Shown: positions 61,069-64,000 of the stretch, piece after piece
Layout: the number at the start of each line of letters is the position of its first letter
How positions within the stretch are numbered: position 1 is the first letter of the stretch
Notes under the pieces: generated by a model
The model's input: the letters and a program-made list of their open reading frames with translations, nothing else
Told to the model about the DNA's origin: nothing
Databases searched by the model: none
Virus record (IMG/VR): IMGVR_UViG_3300031788_000002
Location: 103,482 to 167,481 of that record
From: a virus
Direction: 5' to 3' (one strand)
DNA length: 64,000 bases
Program-made: the position numbers and the translations under genes

Positions 61069-63303
61069 GTGACCTCGGCGTTCAACGCCAATTTCGCGCA
61101 GCAAGCGCGAGCGCTTCAAAATGGGGGTGGGGGTAGCCGCGCCAGTCGCGCAGGGAAGACGGTTGCGCGCCGCCCGGTACGCGGCATCGAAATAAAAGAC
61201 GACACCTACGCCAACCTAAAGGTCATCATGGCCGATGGGTCGGCCCTTCCCCTCCTTGACTCCAGTTCGAGCACGGGCACCAACACTGACGGCTACACCA
61301 ATTTCATTCTTCAAACGGTGCAAGAGCAACGTATGGAGAAGCATCAAATTGTTGAGACCTTCGGGGACTCCTACGTCTTCTTCTTTGGTGAGAGCCCCCG
61401 CTTTCTTGATTGCCAAGCGCTCCTCATCAACACCAATGATTTCAACTGGCGCGCAGAGTGGTGGTACAATTACGAGAAATACTTGCGAGGAACCAAACTC
61501 GTAGAACTCGGCGCGCGCTGCTACATGGCGTGGGATGACATTGTTCTCGAAGGCTACATGCTCATGGCGGTGGCCGATGAGGCAGCGGATCAGCCTTATT
61601 CCGTTACTCTTCAGTTCAAGTTCTTTGTTACCAATTATCAGAACGTAAGCTTGAGCAACGTGGCGCAGTTTCCGGTGCGTTCGAGCGTGCAGCTCCCACC
61701 AGGTGTAGAGCTCACCCAATCCGATGCGTTCAGCCAACTGCAGGCGTACTACCGCGGTGCGGCGGCGAGCCAAGGGGCTTCCGACGCCCTACCTCAGGGT
61801 CAGGCGCTGCTCGGATTCGAGTTGCAGCAGGGAGGTTTGCCCGTTGGTTCCCTCGCGTCCCCGGTTCTGACGTCCACAGGCCCGACGTCCTATGCGTTTG
61901 GGGCTTCCGCCGGCGCGAGCATCAGTGCGAGCTTGGGCGCTGGGGTCGGTGGTGGGTTTGGCGCTAGCGCCGTGGCCAGCATCGGGTTCGGCGCTAGCGC
62001 GTCGGCGTCCACCGGGGCGGGAGCTTCCATGAACCTTGGTATCGGGGCAGGCGCCCAAGCCACCGCGGGGTTTGGCTCGGCTACCACCATTTCTCAGCAA
62101 ATTCGACAGCTGCCCCCCGCGGCTGTAACCGACCCGTCCATCTGGAATGCCGTCCAAGGGACCCCAGCGGCAGGTGACGCGGGACAATACTTTACGCAAC
62201 GCGGCGCTCTACGCGGGCTCATCGCGGAAAACGTAGATGAGTACCTCGGGGGTTCCGGCGACTCCGTCGCGCTGCGCCCGGGGTTGCAAGATCCCAACGA
62301 CCCCACCGCGAGCGCGCTGAGCGACGTACAGATGGGTCCTCAAGAGCTTGACGCAGGGTTGCCTTTCAGTGTGATGAGTACGCTGGCGTCTTTGGGGGTA
62401 ACCACGGATCAAGACACGCTCGATGCCCTTGGTCTCGGCCCCAATTTCTCCCTGGCGTATCAGATGAGCGTCTCCGCGTACGTGACGTCGTCGGGCTACG
62501 GCGCCACGGTGGGCACCAGCACATCCTTCGGGGGCGCCTCGGCGCAAAACGTCAGCTTCAGCCCGTTGAACAACGCGTCACTAGGGACGTCACCGGCCAA
62601 TACTGTTGGACTGAGTGCGCTCGCTGGGTATTACGCGAACACCGCGGACAACAGCAGCTTCATCGCGGCATCACCCTATTACAAATACCGCGATCCCCTG
62701 GGTGCGGTGTATGGCAGTACCAGTGCCACGACGACAGGGTTTGACCCTGCGCGTTACCAATTCGTTGAGGGCGCTGGGAACCCCACGTACGGGTATGACA
62801 GTCCCTATGGGGACGTGGGATACGGCCAGGCAGGGTACGGAGACTTCGGGGGTACTGGCTTCGGATCGGGTAATTCAACGGGGGATCCGGGGTACATGAA
62901 CGCGCAAGCGGTTAGTGTCACCAGCGCAGATTCTTCCGTGATGTCAGCGCTCTCTCGTCTCAAGTTTGACGGCACCGCGCTCACCCCGGGCCCCTCGTTG
63001 GGGAGCACTGCGACGTTGGGCGCGGCGTCGTCGCATGTACCGGGCGTCAGCTCCGCGTTTTCCGTGACGTCGTTTGAAGGCTCCTTCAGCGATTGGGTTT
63101 TGGCAGCTACGGCCGAGCCAGTTCCTGTGTACGGTCAAACGCCTACAGGCCCTGGCGCGGGACAAGATACGGGCCCTGACTTGGGTTACTCTGCCTACCG
63201 ACGCAGCAAAACCCCCTTGGCGCAGCCCTACGTGTCGACCGTACAACCTCCGGCCATTCCTCTTTCTCAATCCCCCGGCTTTTCGTACTTTGGCTTTTCC
63301 TGA
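61069..63303 (+). CDS. putative tail-tube initiator/baseplate protein with low-complexity Gly/Ala/Ser tail
   Basis: N-terminal TNFILQTVQEQRMEKHQIVETFGDSYVFFFGE domain; position between TMP and hub. Confidence 0.55.
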   Translation: MTSAFNANFAQQARALQNGGGGSRASRAGKTVARRPVRGIEIKDDTYANLKVIMADGSALPLLDSSSSTGTNTDGYTNFILQTVQEQRMEKHQIVETFGDSYVFFFGESPRFLDCQALLINTNDFNWRAEWWYNYEKYLRGTKLVELGARCYMAWDDIVLEGYMLMAVADEAADQPYSVTLQFKFFVTNYQNVSLSNVAQFPVRSSVQLPPGVELTQSDAFSQLQAYYRGAAASQGASDALPQGQALLGFELQQGGLPVGSLASPVLTSTGPTSYAFGASAGASISASLGAGVGGGFGASAVASIGFGASASASTGAGASMNLGIGAGAQATAGFGSATTISQQIRQLPPAAVTDPSIWNAVQGTPAAGDAGQYFTQRGALRGLIAENVDEYLGGSGDSVALRPGLQDPNDPTASALSDVQMGPQELDAGLPFSVMSTLASLGVTTDQDTLDALGLGPNFSLAYQMSVSAYVTSSGYGATVGTSTSFGGASAQNVSFSPLNNASLGTSPANTVGLSALAGYYANTADNSSFIAASPYYKYRDPLGAVYGSTSATTTGFDPARYQFVEGAGNPTYGYDSPYGDVGYGQAGYGDFGGTGFGSGNSTGDPGYMNAQAVSVTSADSSVMSALSRLKFDGTALTPGPSLGSTATLGAASSHVPGVSSAFSVTSFEGSFSDWVLAATAEPVPVYGQTPTGPGAGQDTGPDLGYSAYRRSKTPLAQPYVSTVQPPAIPLSQSPGFSYFGFS

Positions 63304-64000
63304 TGCAAGCTGCCCACGCTCAGACCCTTCACCTTCGCTTGTTCTTGGAAGGCATTGAGGTTCCTGTCATCGGCGCCCAGGTGCAATGCGCACCGAACAG
63401 CCCGGCGGTGGCTACCATTCAAATCGCGCCGTTGGTGGAAGCCACGCGATTGCACCCGCGCACCACGGTGCACTTGTTCTTCTTGGACTTGTACGCCACC
63501 CCGCTCGCGATCAGCGGCAACACCCACCAAGGACAAGCCGCTACCAGTCCTACGGACGCAGAAGCCACAAGCCAAGGAACCAGCGACGATACCCGCTGGA
63601 AGCTTCTTTTTGGTGGGGAAGTGGTGGGCTTTACCTGGACTAAAGACGCGCTCAACCGTTCCGTGATTCTGCAGTGTGAGGATTGGAGTAATTACTGGGA
63701 TTACGCGCTGCAAGCAGAGAACACAGACATCTTTGGGCCGGGGATGAAGGCCATCTTCAGCGGGGCCTCCACCAATCTCTTTACGGACTTCTTACAGAGC
63801 AACGGCGAAGTTCTGACGCAAATCGTTACCAGTGGTAAGTGCAACACGTTCCCCACGTTGAAGGGACTGGCCGCCGGTGTCATCCGTTTGATGGAAGCGG
63901 TGGGTGGAAGTTACTACGTGTTTCCTACGGGCAATAGCAGCGCGCCCCCGAAGCGCTGTGCCGGCCAGAACATTTTCTTTAGCTACAACGAACTGCGCCT
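63303..64000 (+). CDS. putative baseplate hub protein (runs off window edge)
   Basis: Not in track. TGATG coupling; MQAAH...LRLFLEGIEVPV...ATIQI...LLFGGEVVG...RSVILQCEDWSNYWD. Confidence 0.65.
   Translation, partial: MQAAHAQTLHLRLFLEGIEVPVIGAQVQCAPNSPAVATIQIAPLVEATRLHPRTTVHLFFLDLYATPLAISGNTHQGQAATSPTDAEATSQGTSDDTRWKLLFGGEVVGFTWTKDALNRSVILQCEDWSNYWDYALQAENTDIFGPGMKAIFSGASTNLFTDFLQSNGEVLTQIVTSGKCNTFPTLKGLAAGVIRLMEAVGGSYYVFPTGNSSAPPKRCAGQNIFFSYNELR

Noticed and set aside
61880-62085. GASAG-type low-complexity tract as a DNA repeat element
   Set aside because: It is protein-level Gly/Ala/Ser low complexity with no exact nucleotide repeat unit.
1-64000. CRISPR array, tRNA, rRNA or integrase
   Set aside because: No spaced direct repeats, cloverleaf or recombinase motifs were noticed by eye. 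A tRNAscan/Infernal run would be needed to exclude small RNAs.
1-64000. Stop-codon reassignment
   Set aside because: Long conserved genes are intact under the standard code, and TAA, TAG and TGA all end genes at coupled junctions.

Overview
The window is a segment of a large, GC-rich tailed bacteriophage genome (myovirus-type, probably jumbo-class). No cellular housekeeping context, rRNA, tRNA or CRISPR array was seen. From left to right it contains: (i) a minus-strand cluster of small genes ending in a MoxR-type AAA+ ATPase cut by the window edge; (ii) a 2515-aa RNA polymerase with bacterial-like beta and beta' fused in one polypeptide, carrying a 356-aa intein in the GDKM/SGRHGNKG motif and translationally coupled to a baseplate-spike gene; (iii) a head module with a GpA-type terminase large subunit, an HK97/assemblin-type prohead protease, scaffold or internal proteins, a decoration protein, the major capsid protein and neck proteins; (iv) tail sheath and tube, with an unlisted 36-aa HTH minigene between them; (v) an accessory region with holin-like genes, dCMP deaminase, dNMP kinase, GroES, RHH/AT-hook/Zn-ribbon proteins and a tail-chaperone pair joined by a G_GGA_AAA -1 frameshift site; (vi) a minus-strand island with a repeated GGnATAACA promoter-like motif and a 27-aa amphipathic peptide; (vii) tape measure, tube-initiator and hub genes. 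The most unusual signal is that nearly every head-region protein is punctuated by K-x-A(S/A/G/E) motifs. These motifs bound glycine-zipper segments and small domains (ferritin-like, DUF6582-like), suggesting protease-processed virion polyproteins that work alongside a single-chain phage RNAP. All product calls come from motif recognition by eye; no searches were run.
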